Shown: piece by piece, positions 1 through 10,141 of the stretch
Position numbering within the stretch: position 1 is the stretch's first letter
How the letters are laid out: the number at the start of each line of letters is the position of its first letter
Source of the DNA: Spirochaetota bacterium
GTDB lineage: Bacteria; Spirochaetota; UBA4802; JAFGDQ01
Assembly (NCBI GenBank): GCA_043803405.1
Contig: JAZDKB010000018.1
Span: forward strand, 192,001 to 256,000
Length of the DNA: 64,000 nucleotides
Direction of reading: 5' to 3'
Notes under the pieces: generated by a model
What the model was told of the DNA's origin: nothing
The model's database searches: none
Seen by the model: only the letters and a program-made list of their open reading frames with translations
Made by a program: the position numbers and the translations under genes

Positions 1-1
1 A

Positions 2-1390
2 TTGATTGACAGGTTCAATATATAATACTGGTTCGGATGGCGTATCCTTAAATGTAATGAACTGTTCAATTTTATCAGGTTCACGCTTAAAATGAGTTTT
101 AAGTTTCCTGTTCAGTATCATCGCATCATTCTCGGTAACCTTCTTCGCAAGCTTCAATGTCGGGAATTGTTCCGTGATATTTTTATAGCTTAAGAGCATT
201 AATTTTTTTACCGAGTCCCAGAATTCCATTACTTTATTGAAATCCCATGTGTCAAAATTATCGAGATCCGATATTTTATCCATGTTCCATTGCCATTCTT
301 TGACATACTGGAACATTATTTCAACTTTATACGGAATATTTTTATTGTCTTTAACCCCCAGGTACTTTGAGAGCTGCGGATCGATTTTAAGGTAAAGATT
401 TTTCTTAAGCATCTCCAGAAGGTTTTTGTCCCTGATCCTTGAGCTGTAGAAATCATAAACTTCCTTAAACATCATTAAGTACGAATCCAGTACGGTATTG
501 TCGAATGTGCTGTTTTGCACATTAATTTTAACCTTCTGGCTCATAAGCGGTGAGTCGTTAGTAATTGAAAGATATTTTTCAAGGAGCCCTATTTTAATTA
601 TAGATTTAAAAGGATTCCCAAGCGATTTTATTATCTGGAAAAGGGCTGCTCCTAAAAAATCTTCCCTGGATATTTCATAAAGATTTCCAAGATCGACAAA
701 ATCCTTCTCAATCATTTCCTTTGGAAGCCTTGAGAACATCTCGTTATATTCTTTATCTTTTATCAGTTGAGGGACAACCCACCAGAACGGTATTTTTCCT
801 GCAATAATAATTGAGCTTCTTAGAAATTCATCTTTCAAAACTGCACCTACTGTTGAACCGAATGCTTCTACTTCATCTACCGCAAAAATATTCTGTTTAA
901 CAAGCTCAACATCATTTATAAAAATATGTACAGGCAGTTTTATTTCCGAAGCAGCCCATTTCTGAACAGCCTCTACTTTTTTCTTGAAAAGCTCAAAAGA
1001 TTCCGGAGATGTTTCTCTGAGGTCTATGCATGCCCAGTAATCGAAGTCGGATTTTTTGTTATACGCGATAGTTCCTATACTGCCCATAATGGCCAGCATC
1101 TCAATAAAAGGGCGTTTGGTCTGTGATATTTCCACCGTAGTTGCAGGAAATTTTCCGCGGATAAATCTTCTTGTATCTTCATCCAGTTCGTAATTGGCTA
1201 TTCCAAGCGGGACATTACCATCAACATATCCCGGAAATTTTTTATGATTAACGCTTAGAAAAAATGGAATGGAATTAATAACTTTTTTTGTATTTGTGTT
1301 GCCTACAAATTGCTGGAAACGCTGATATTTAATTTTATTGAATTCCAGAAATTTATTTTTATTGTTTTCGATTTGTTCCAAAAATTCCAT
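2..1390 (-). CDS. cyaA: Class I adenylate cyclase-like protein (partial, runs off the left edge; absent from the ORF track)
   Basis: Manual translation from ATG at 1390: MEFLEQIENN...IPFFLSVNHKKFPGYV...LAIMGSIGTIAYNKKSDFDYWAC...VHIFIND...GAVLKDEFLRSSIIIAGKIPFWWVVP. The GS..SDxDxW pol-beta nucleotidyltransferase motif and the LxDEFxR...AGKxPxWW block match class I adenylate cyclases. Confidence 0.85.
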   Translation of the reverse strand, partial: MEFLEQIENNKNKFLEFNKIKYQRFQQFVGNTNTKKVINSIPFFLSVNHKKFPGYVDGNVPLGIANYELDEDTRRFIRGKFPATTVEISQTKRPFIEMLAIMGSIGTIAYNKKSDFDYWACIDLRETSPESFELFKKKVEAVQKWAASEIKLPVHIFINDVELVKQNIFAVDEVEAFGSTVGAVLKDEFLRSSIIIAGKIPFWWVVPQLIKDKEYNEMFSRLPKEMIEKDFVDLGNLYEISREDFLGAALFQIIKSLGNPFKSIIKIGLLEKYLSITNDSPLMSQKVKINVQNSTFDNTVLDSYLMMFKEVYDFYSSRIRDKNLLEMLKKNLYLKIDPQLSKYLGVKDNKNIPYKVEIMFQYVKEWQWNMDKISDLDNFDTWDFNKVMEFWDSVKKLMLLSYKNITEQFPTLKLAKKVTENDAMILNRKLKTHFKREPDKIEQFITFKDTPSEPVLYIEPVNQ

Positions 1391-1454
1391 AATTTGTTTT
1401 AATATGTTCTTTTATTGCTGTCAAAATTATTAATAATATTATTACTCAAAAAAA

Positions 1455-2483
1455 TTATTCCGCAGGTTGCAAAATAATTTCAGTAACAAGTTCAAATATC
1501 GGATTGGATATGACGTTATTTGAATAACTGTAACTTTTTATCTGTTTATCTGTTTTATAGATCAAAGGGAATATTGTTTTTATGCTTTTTTGCGAAAATG
1601 CTTTCAGGCTTTCGTTGAAATTAGCCTGGTTCCTCGGATTTATTCCTATTTCATTCATTGCAGCTTCGCTGTTCAAGTTATTTTTAATTAAATCATAGTA
1701 TTTTTCAATCAGCTCAGTCTGTCTCATTATCAGTTTTAATATTGCAAGCTCATGCGTCCCGTTATCAAGAACTCTGGCGAGTTTATAATAACTGCTTTTT
1801 TCTTTTTTAAATAATGACTCGATAAATTCAAAGACCGAAAACTCCTTTGAATTCTGTATATACTTATTAATGATTTCCTTTGTAATGTGTTTCTCACCTG
1901 AATCGATAATCATTCCCAGGGATTCATCGATTTTATGAATGTCCCTGCCTGTCAGATCGATTAAATGAATTGCTGCCGATCTTTCCATCTCTAAACCGTT
2001 TTTACGAAATGAAGCTGTAATATAGCCTAATATATCATTTTCGAACAATCTCCAGAACTGATATGCTTTAATAAATTTTAAATCTTTGCTGTCAATTACC
2101 GCCGGTATCTTATTTTCAGGGCTTGTCATAATCAGAATAGTTTCATCAGGTTTGGAGCTAATAACTTCTTTGAGGAGTTGACGGTCTTCGCTTTTTGCCT
2201 TTAACGAATTAATGTTCAGCATTACGCAGACTTTATTATCGGAGAACATGGAAGCGGAAAGCGCAAATTCTGCCGCATCCTTAAAGTCGCCGCTTTCAAG
2301 GTGGAATCTTCTGGCTGAATATTCTTTTTCATCAGGGCCGGTAATCGCTATATCGGTAATTCTGCTGATTATCTTTTCCTTTTCTCCTTCTTCCTCACCC
2401 AGAAAAAGATACATGTTTTCAAGCTTGCCGGATTTTATTTCTGCAGCAAGCTGTTTTGAATTCGGAAATTTTTGATATGCCAT
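1455..2483 (-). CDS. holA: DNA polymerase III subunit delta
   Basis: YLFLGEE start, SMFSDNK motif, 342 aa, FSVFEFIESL C-terminal block; lptE-holA gene order. Confidence 0.85.
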   Translation of the reverse strand: MAYQKFPNSKQLAAEIKSGKLENMYLFLGEEEGEKEKIISRITDIAITGPDEKEYSARRFHLESGDFKDAAEFALSASMFSDNKVCVMLNINSLKAKSEDRQLLKEVISSKPDETILIMTSPENKIPAVIDSKDLKFIKAYQFWRLFENDILGYITASFRKNGLEMERSAAIHLIDLTGRDIHKIDESLGMIIDSGEKHITKEIINKYIQNSKEFSVFEFIESLFKKEKSSYYKLARVLDNGTHELAILKLIMRQTELIEKYYDLIKNNLNSEAAMNEIGINPRNQANFNESLKAFSQKSIKTIFPLIYKTDKQIKSYSYSNNVISNPIFELVTEIILQPAE

Positions 2484-2484
2484 C

Positions 2485-3102
2485 CTACTTTTTCCCTTTC
2501 TCAGCCGGAGTCATTAATTCCGTATACCATCCGTTTATTGTTTTAAAGGCTATTCTCCCTGCCAGATCGTCAAGAACTTTCTCCAAAGTCAGTGTTTCAG
2601 AAGAAATGGGAGGTTTTATTTCCGAGAATTCCTTAAATGCCTGTATCTCCTTTTCATAAAATATTTCATTTTTATTGTTCATATCGAATAATTTTACTGA
2701 AGCTGTAATTCTGAGCCTTTTCTTAACCGGTTTATCGAAACCGTTATATTCCAGACCCTGCACCTGATATTCTTTTATTATTCCGCTAAGGATCAGATCC
2801 GCATTTTCATTTTCAGATACAACAGCAAGCCGTCCGTCCAGCCTTATTTGTTCTCTTAATTTGACCGTAAGTTCCTCGGATATGGAAGATAATCCTGTTA
2901 AATTGTTAAATACAGGAACGCTTATTTTATTTGCCTGTCTCGGAACGACAGGTTCGCCTTTAAAATTCTTTAAAACATCTTTAACTGAATGATCTTTCCT
3001 GTTTTCGTCCGAAACGCAGCCCGATAAAAAAACAATAAAGGAAAAAGCAGCCGTAATTAGTATTTTTTTGTTTAAAAAAACAAAAAACATTATAAACCTC
3101 AT
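2485..3102 (-). CDS. lptE: LptE-like LPS assembly lipoprotein
   Basis: Lipobox LSGC, ISVPVFNN and ADLILSGII segments typical of the LptE family; directly upstream of holA. Confidence 0.7.
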   Translation of the reverse strand: MRFIMFFVFLNKKILITAAFSFIVFLSGCVSDENRKDHSVKDVLKNFKGEPVVPRQANKISVPVFNNLTGLSSISEELTVKLREQIRLDGRLAVVSENENADLILSGIIKEYQVQGLEYNGFDKPVKKRLRITASVKLFDMNNKNEIFYEKEIQAFKEFSEIKPPISSETLTLEKVLDDLAGRIAFKTINGWYTELMTPAEKGKK

Positions 3103-3241
3103 AAATCAATAAAAAAAATTCTAATGGAACCGGATATTTATCCGATAATATCAGTATATCATTTTATACTCTAAGTTATAGGTCTTCCTTATTTTGTATT
3201 GTTGCACTCAAACACCTACAAACTAATGAAGATAATAAAAT

Positions 3242-3274
3242 AAAAAACGGGATATGTAAATTATCCCGTTTTTT
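3242..3274. terminator. Intrinsic terminator downstream of the GH13-GT5 gene
   Basis: AAAAAACGGGATA-N7-TATCCCGTTTTTT inverted repeat with A and T tracts. Confidence 0.8.
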
Positions 3275-3277
3275 TAT

Positions 3278-6200
3278 TTATATTGTCCTTAAAAGTTCCC
3301 TGAATTTATACATCTCGTCGATATATTTTTGCGCCGACAGATCCCAGTAACTGACCGACTTTTCCGCAAGAATCCTTGCCTTGTATACGATTTCGTCATT
3401 GTTGTTTTTAAAAAAAGCCGATGCTCTTTCCACTGCGTCGTAAAATGCCCATGGGCTGAAGTCCGAAAACAAAAATCCGCTCCCCTGAACCCTGTCCCCG
3501 CTTACGCTGATGGGAAATACGGTATCCCGGAGGCCTCCTGTCGCACGCGCTATTACAAAACAGCCGCATGCAAGAGCCTCAAGCTGGGATATTCCGCCTG
3601 GTTCGTTCATTGACGGCATACAGAAAAAATCGGTAGATAAAAGCGGTATGCGCACATCCTGAAATCCGAAGGAAACCCGTACATTATCCGGATAACAGTT
3701 TCCCAGAATGTAAAGCCCGTGAGCTATTTCTTCGGCCCGGTTGTCGCCCGAAGCGACAGCTCCTCCTATTATTGCCTGGCACCCCAGGCGGGTAAATATT
3801 CCTTCGGAAGCTTCAAGCAAAAGCTGAAAACCCTTTTGTTCCGATATCCGGTGAATCATGCATAAAAGCATTATATCAGGATCTACTTTCAGGTTTTTTT
3901 CCAGTTGAAGCATCATTTTATTAATTAATCTTTTTATAATATACTTACGTTTTTCATCTTCTATATCATTAATTGTTTTTATGCCTTTTATAATTTCAGG
4001 ATACCTTGTCTCGATCTTCTCCCTGAGACGATTTTCTTTTTTTATTTTTTCGATCAGCAATGGATAATATTGTTCAAAAAATCCGGAGCTTTTATAATGA
4101 TGATTAACTCTTTTGCGGAAATCACGTCCAATTGCATTGCTTATCCCCAGAACGTTTTTTACTATGCGTTCAAGTCCGTCGCATGCCCTTTCGATCTGCA
4201 GGGCATAGGACGGGCTTACAGTTATTACTTTATCGGCAAACCGGACCGCAGCTGCCATACAGTTTAGCCTGTCGGGGTGCACGGGATCTGCAAAATCGCC
4301 GGCTCTCCATTGCGGAAGATTAAAAAGATTAAATATGTTAAATCCGTTCTCAAAAAAATGAAATGAGTCGAAATACTGCCATCCGCCGTTATGTATTATA
4401 TGAAGAAATTTAGTCATTGCAAAGTTAGGATTATTTGCATAAAAGGAATCGGAACGGACAATCCCGTTAAATAAACCCGCGTAAGCGTCATTCGTGAAAG
4501 TGAAGTACGGATTTAACTCGAAATTTATTATAACTTCCACGCTGGCTCTTGAAAACGCAACCCTTCTCCTTATCTTTTCCGAGGAAGTAATACCCCAGTA
4601 AAGGCCGTCAAAAAATTCATGATGGTCCAACAGAAAATATTTTACTCCGTCGACTATACCGGAATAAACACCTGCCGTATATTCATCCCCTAAAATCTTA
4701 AATTTTATATTTTTACCGGTATAAGAAATATTATATTTTTTGACCGCCTCTGCCATTTTTTTTACTGCTTTGTCATCTCCATGTTTATAATAACCTGATA
4801 TTACATATACTTCTTCACCCATTCTGGCAAACTCTCTCGGCAGTTCGTATACTACATTTGCAAGTCCGCCGCTTTTTGAAAACGGCTCGGCTTCTGCCGA
4901 TAAAAATACAATGGCTCCTTTTTTATTGTGAAACCTGATATATTCAGCAATTTTCCTTAAAGTATCATCAGGATGCGCTGACAACAGATTTATATAATTA
5001 ATCACAATTTCTTTACTCAGTATATCGTTAATTGAAAGATGGAACAGCGCGCGTTTTATTCCCAGTTCCAGGATGCTGATTTTATCTGCATTGAATAAAG
5101 GTTTAAGTGTAAGCAGGATGTCTGTAAATTTTTCGTAAGTGGAACTTTTAGACGCAATTTCATTAAATGCAAAGTTGGATTTAAAATGTCGCACATCGGA
5201 TATATTGCTCATTCTGGCAAACGAGTCCTTTAAAAAATCATCATAATATTCGCCGATCTCGTCAACTTTAACCAGCTGCAGCAGTTTAATCCTTTCAGTG
5301 AATGATACTGTTGATGTAAGCCTGCTTGTTTTAAGTTCGCGCCCGGTATAGAATCCGTGTTCTCCGGTAATATGCGAATATAACGGATCCACGATCTTGT
5401 AAAACGCATCATCGTCTATCGGAAGAACAGGGTTATCGAACTGAAGCGAAACAAACTGGTTTGAATCTGCGAAGTTGAATACACCGATCCATGTAATATC
5501 CTCGGAGAAATTGATTGCCGCGGCAACCATGTTATTATTTGTCCAGATCAGGTAGCCTTTGCCGGTTATTTTTCTGTGGAATCCGTACCATTCCCTGTAA
5601 AATCCCGAGACGCTGCGGTTTGCCGCATTTTCGAACTGGTTCCAGTTCACATAAATATTGTCAAGGAAGACCTTCCAGCCCTCGCCTTCGGCGCTTCCTT
5701 CGTAATCCATAATTACGCTGCTCATGAACATTGTCAGCCCTACTGCAGCGCGAAGCCCCCTGTGCCCGAACGTATTTAAAGCTCTTCGTTCGTCGTGGTT
5801 CCCCAGAATTCCCAGGAGCTCGGTTCCGGGAGGCAATACTGAAGGATAATGCTGATCATAAATATGATAAATTTCCCTTACATCCGTTTTCCCGTGAATA
5901 ATATTTTCACAAATTTTAAATAAAGCGGAATTATAAGGAACTATGCCTGTGCGGGTCAGATATTTTTCATGGCCCCAGTAACATTCCGCTATATTTAAAA
6001 AGTAATTTTTATTTTTCTCTTTAAGCTTCTTCTCAATACTCAGCATCAGAAAATAATGCAAAGGAACAGCCATAGTATCCCTGCATGCCGAATCGTAATA
6101 ACCTGTTGTGATAAAATGCCCGTCTTCCCTGTCGTTTACAATTATTCTGCCTTCAACCATTTCTTCATGCGTTCTTTTACTGCCGTTTATGAATGGATAG

Positions 6201-8128
6201 TTATTTTTCTTCATCATGATAGGGACCGCATGGGCGGAATCGAACCTGATGCCGTCAATATCGAATTTATCTATAAGCAATGCGACGGAGTCTGCAAGCC
6301 ACTCCCATACTTCGAACTTTCTGTAATTGTGAAGCCTGCCGTCGTCCCAGCTCCCGTAGCGGCCGTCGGTTGACGCCCGCTCAACCAGCTGCCCTTCGTG
6401 GTTGTAGCATTTGACTATGTTATCGGCCGGGAAGTTGCTCTTCCTGTTCAGATGCGGGACAATATCCACTATTATTTTTATTCCGATGGAATGGGCTTTT
6501 TTAATCAGGTTGATAAGTTCAGCCTCGCCGCCGAGGTTCGGTTCGATTTCCGTAAGGCTCATAGGCGAGAAGGGGGAAGGCGATGTAGCGCCCGGCGCCC
6601 AGTCTTCCCTGTTATGACCTCTCAGCTGAACCCCGAGAAGGTAAATGGATGTAATATAATAACGGCTTTTAAGATGCTCAAGGTGAGCTGTAATATCCGA
6701 AAAGTTGCCTAGCCGTATTACTTCGCCGTGTTCATTAAAAACAAGTCCCGGATGGCCGTCGCCGTCCTTCCAGAATCTGCCGGTATGCCCGTGTATATCA
6801 GGAAAAATTTCAAATATGATCTCGCCTCTCATGTCCGGCACTATGTTTATTCTGCCGCTTGAGCCTGCAATGTTAAGCCATCCCTGTTCTTTTTTATCTT
6901 TATACACAAGAAAATCATAATGCCCGAGCTGATCAAACATCATATCTGCAAAATGTATTTTCTTTGTATCGTCATATTCCAGTGGAACATCAAAAAACTC
7001 TATGGAATTTTCAAGTGATATCCTGTTTAAAATATTATATTTATAAATCCTTACAAAATATTTTTGCTTTCCGGCAGGCAGTTTAAAATCCAGCCTGGAC
7101 TTTAAACCAGCTCTTATATTTACAAAACGCTCAGCCATGGGCGCATCGAATTCCTTTGGAGAAAAAATCTTTTCCAGAATAATATTCGCCCTGTTCCTTA
7201 TCTCGTGAATGTCATGACCGGAAGCCGAAACCAGAAGCCTTACTATTTCCTTTATGGATTCCGCATCGCCATCTTTTTTGTATAACCTGGCAAATTTTTC
7301 AAGCGATTCGATCGCCTCCATATTTATATTATAATTAAAATGCATTTCATTGCCGGGCATCCTCGCATCCAGCTTGCTTAAAGCAATTTCACGTTCCTTG
7401 TGAGTGAACCTGGTTATTTTTACAGGCTTAACTTTTACTATTTCCACTTTTTCCGGAGCTAATTTCACCAGTTCATCAACAAGCTCGTTTAAAGCTCTGG
7501 ACACGTAAGGAGGGAAAATCTCTATATGAGCGTATCCGGTTTCAATTGCCCTTGATTCGATCATTAGAAGCAGTTTAAAGGATTCGAACAGCATATTGCC
7601 GTTTTTCTTCTGCTCATTGGCAAGCACGTCAAAAATATTCAGGCCGAGATATATGGAAGGGATTTCATCCCACTCCGGTCCTGTGCCTACATGCGAAATT
7701 ACTGTAGTGCTCTCGGATATATGATAGATTGTAGGCTTCCCGGGCTTTTCCTTTATTATTACGAATCTTCTGTTGTTAAGATTTGTCAGGGCTCCCTCTG
7801 CAATTGCCTTATGAATAAAAAGCGCGGCAGATACCAGGCGGGAAGAGAGCCTTGCGTCGCTCATTAACCTGTTACGATAATTTTCATCGCCGTTTGAAAT
7901 TTTATCAATAATGCCGTTTTTAATCGCGATAAAGCGGTCGCTTAATTGTTCCTGCGAAGCACCTGCTTTAAACTCCGATATAATTAACGAGTCGGGTGAA
8001 AAATCGAAACATCTCTGGTTCATGAAGGCTTCGGTTATTTCATTTCTGACCAGTAAGTCAGTAACTAGATGCTCGTCCTTTAAGCTGAACCTTGAAAGGC
8101 TGCTGAGAGTTGAAGTTGATTTTTGCAA
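3278..8128 (-). CDS. Fusion of a GH13 alpha-amylase-family domain and a C-terminal GT5 glycogen/starch synthase domain, with an uncharacterised N-terminal region
   Basis: GH13 regions DIVPH, GIRFDSAHA, AECYWG, GNHDERR; GT5 motifs SAEAEPFSKSGGLANV, IIHN, TVSPSYA, HRISEQKG, PSMNEPGGISQLEAL, RATGGLRDTV; TTG start with GAGG RBS. Confidence 0.85.
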   Translation of the reverse strand: MQKSTSTLSSLSRFSLKDEHLVTDLLVRNEITEAFMNQRCFDFSPDSLIISEFKAGASQEQLSDRFIAIKNGIIDKISNGDENYRNRLMSDARLSSRLVSAALFIHKAIAEGALTNLNNRRFVIIKEKPGKPTIYHISESTTVISHVGTGPEWDEIPSIYLGLNIFDVLANEQKKNGNMLFESFKLLLMIESRAIETGYAHIEIFPPYVSRALNELVDELVKLAPEKVEIVKVKPVKITRFTHKEREIALSKLDARMPGNEMHFNYNINMEAIESLEKFARLYKKDGDAESIKEIVRLLVSASGHDIHEIRNRANIILEKIFSPKEFDAPMAERFVNIRAGLKSRLDFKLPAGKQKYFVRIYKYNILNRISLENSIEFFDVPLEYDDTKKIHFADMMFDQLGHYDFLVYKDKKEQGWLNIAGSSGRINIVPDMRGEIIFEIFPDIHGHTGRFWKDGDGHPGLVFNEHGEVIRLGNFSDITAHLEHLKSRYYITSIYLLGVQLRGHNREDWAPGATSPSPFSPMSLTEIEPNLGGEAELINLIKKAHSIGIKIIVDIVPHLNRKSNFPADNIVKCYNHEGQLVERASTDGRYGSWDDGRLHNYRKFEVWEWLADSVALLIDKFDIDGIRFDSAHAVPIMMKKNNYPFINGSKRTHEEMVEGRIIVNDREDGHFITTGYYDSACRDTMAVPLHYFLMLSIEKKLKEKNKNYFLNIAECYWGHEKYLTRTGIVPYNSALFKICENIIHGKTDVREIYHIYDQHYPSVLPPGTELLGILGNHDERRALNTFGHRGLRAAVGLTMFMSSVIMDYEGSAEGEGWKVFLDNIYVNWNQFENAANRSVSGFYREWYGFHRKITGKGYLIWTNNNMVAAAINFSEDITWIGVFNFADSNQFVSLQFDNPVLPIDDDAFYKIVDPLYSHITGEHGFYTGRELKTSRLTSTVSFTERIKLLQLVKVDEIGEYYDDFLKDSFARMSNISDVRHFKSNFAFNEIASKSSTYEKFTDILLTLKPLFNADKISILELGIKRALFHLSINDILSKEIVINYINLLSAHPDDTLRKIAEYIRFHNKKGAIVFLSAEAEPFSKSGGLANVVYELPREFARMGEEVYVISGYYKHGDDKAVKKMAEAVKKYNISYTGKNIKFKILGDEYTAGVYSGIVDGVKYFLLDHHEFFDGLYWGITSSEKIRRRVAFSRASVEVIINFELNPYFTFTNDAYAGLFNGIVRSDSFYANNPNFAMTKFLHIIHNGGWQYFDSFHFFENGFNIFNLFNLPQWRAGDFADPVHPDRLNCMAAAVRFADKVITVSPSYALQIERACDGLERIVKNVLGISNAIGRDFRKRVNHHYKSSGFFEQYYPLLIEKIKKENRLREKIETRYPEIIKGIKTINDIEDEKRKYIIKRLINKMMLQLEKNLKVDPDIMLLCMIHRISEQKGFQLLLEASEGIFTRLGCQAIIGGAVASGDNRAEEIAHGLYILGNCYPDNVRVSFGFQDVRIPLLSTDFFCMPSMNEPGGISQLEALACGCFVIARATGGLRDTVFPISVSGDRVQGSGFLFSDFSPWAFYDAVERASAFFKNNNDEIVYKARILAEKSVSYWDLSAQKYIDEMYKFRELLRTI

Positions 8129-8359
8129 AATTTTACCTCTACCACTTAAATATACAAATTTTTATTATTGAGAATTAATAAGTCAGATAATCAATCCGGT
8201 GCGGGATAATCCGTAATCACAATCTCTTTATAACATTAAAATATATCGACAAAAAATGCAATTAAATTATCTTTCAAAATACACTGTTAAGTTCTTGACT
8301 TTAATAAAACGATATATTAAATTTTTTTAATAAATAATATTTCCCCAGGAGGAAGAAGT

Positions 8360-8809
8360 ATGAAAACAGTTAAGGACATTCTTCAAAACAAAACAATTAA
8401 GGAAATATGGTCAGTATCACCGAAGGCTTTTGTATACGATGCTCTTGTTCTTATGAACGAGAAGGGGATCGGCGCCGTACTGGTTATGGACGAGAAAGAA
8501 AAGATTGCCGGAATATTTTCAGAACGAGATTATGCCAGAAAGATTATCATCAAAGGAAAATCCTCAAAGGAAACGAAAGTAGAGGAAGTAATGACTCCTG
8601 CTTCGAAAATGTATACGGTTAAACCTGATAGTCCTCTTGAAGAATGTATGGCTCTTGCAACTGAGAAACACATCAGGCATTTGCCTGTTTTCGAGCAGGG
8701 CAAATTCATAGGACTTATTTCTACAGGCGATATTGTAAAAATATTGATTTCGGAAAAACAGGACCTAATAAATCAATTAAGCGATTATATTGCCGGTATT
8801 TACACATAA
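8360..8809 (+). CDS. Stand-alone tandem CBS (Bateman) domain protein
   Basis: VKDIL...MNEKGIGAVLV...GIFSERDY and VEEVMT...HIRHLPV...GLISTGD; strong AGGAGG RBS. Confidence 0.9.
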   Translation: MKTVKDILQNKTIKEIWSVSPKAFVYDALVLMNEKGIGAVLVMDEKEKIAGIFSERDYARKIIIKGKSSKETKVEEVMTPASKMYTVKPDSPLEECMALATEKHIRHLPVFEQGKFIGLISTGDIVKILISEKQDLINQLSDYIAGIYT

Positions 8810-8919
8810 AATCGTGTTGTTCCGGATAATAAAAATTGCCTATTGTAACGACAAGATCGCATCACAAAACATGTAAACAGTAAATTTATTTTTGGCAGGT
8901 TTCGGGATACGATCTTAAT

Positions 8920-8950
8920 AAAAAAGCGGGAATCAGTCTCCCGCTTTTTT
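8920..8950 (+). terminator. Intrinsic terminator between the CBS gene and the cNMP-GGDEF pair
   Basis: AAAAAAGCGGGA-atcagtc-TCCCGCTTTTTT. Confidence 0.8.
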
Positions 8951-9024
8951 ATTCGGACTAAAAAGTACTTGCGAAAATATTTTCGTTTATCTAATAATTT
9001 GAGCATATATTTTTTATAAAGGAT

Positions 9025-10023
9025 TTGTATTACTTTAAAATGACAGAAAAAGATTTACTTATTGAAAAAATACAATTGCTCCGCAATGCGAGTCTTTTTT
9101 CAAAGTTGAGAGAAGCCGAGCTTGAGATAGTCGCGGCCTACAGTGAATACTATACTTTTAACCAGGGACAGACTATATTCAGCGAAGGAAGCAATGCCGA
9201 AGTGCTTTACATTATTAAGGACGGCGAGGTTTTAATCAGCAAGGAGAAGAAAAACCTTGGTGTTATCGATCTTGCCCGTTATATTTCCAATGAAAGCTTC
9301 GGCGAGATGAGCCTTCTTACAAATAAATCCAGAACCGCAAAAGCGGTTGCGGAGAAGGATACAACAGTACTTATTTTTCCCATGGAAGGAGTAAAGTTTA
9401 AGGATGTTCTTGAAAAGCATCCGGAAATTTCGGCGCGTATACTGCATAAATTTTTGGCCATAATCGCAGGAAGAATACGCAACACCAACAGGCTTATTTC
9501 GGAGAGAACTCCGTGGATAAGGGATCTGCGCCGGCAGCTCTACAGCGATAAGCTCACAGGGCTTTATAACCGCACATTTATTGAAGAAGATTTTGCTGCG
9601 TTCCTGCCGCAGTACGGGGAATACACAAGCCTCATTATGATTAAACCGGATAATTTTAAGGATATTAACGATAATTTCGGACATGATGTAGGCGACAAGG
9701 TTTTGCGGCTTCTAGCGATCTTTTTGCAGTCCATCCTTAGAGAAGAAGATATGGGAGTACGGTACAGGGGAGACGAGTTTGCTGCAATTCTGCCGAACAC
9801 AAGCACCGAAGAAGCGATAGAGATTGCAGATGACATAAGGTCGACCATTATGGAAATGGATATAGGAAATGCCACGAACGGCGAGCTGAACAAAATAACG
9901 GTAAGCATCGGGCTCTCGACTTATCCGTTCCATGCGAGCGATAACATTATGCTTGCGGACAGGGCACACGAAAAGATGTTCGAGGCGCGCGAAAAAGGCG
10001 GCAACCGCGTGATCAGCGTGTAG
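9025..10023 (+). CDS. cNMP-binding domain + degenerate GGDEF domain protein (RGDEF)
   Basis: FGEMSLL..RTA phosphate-binding cassette; DKLTGLYNR; IKPDNFKDINDNFGHDVGD; RYRGDEF. Start may be ATG 9040. Confidence 0.9.
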   Translation: MYYFKMTEKDLLIEKIQLLRNASLFSKLREAELEIVAAYSEYYTFNQGQTIFSEGSNAEVLYIIKDGEVLISKEKKNLGVIDLARYISNESFGEMSLLTNKSRTAKAVAEKDTTVLIFPMEGVKFKDVLEKHPEISARILHKFLAIIAGRIRNTNRLISERTPWIRDLRRQLYSDKLTGLYNRTFIEEDFAAFLPQYGEYTSLIMIKPDNFKDINDNFGHDVGDKVLRLLAIFLQSILREEDMGVRYRGDEFAAILPNTSTEEAIEIADDIRSTIMEMDIGNATNGELNKITVSIGLSTYPFHASDNIMLADRAHEKMFEAREKGGNRVISV

Positions 10024-10141
10024 CAACTTATGCTGCTAGTCATCTTAAAAATTAAGTTTTATATTAAGTAGATTGAATGTTTTAAAATCATATTTTTAAG
10101 ATAAGTTATTATATAATATTATTTGTGATAATGTAATTATT

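Noticed and set aside
498..1126. Short plus-strand ORFs at 498 and 926
   Set aside because: Antisense shadows of the adenylate cyclase-like gene.
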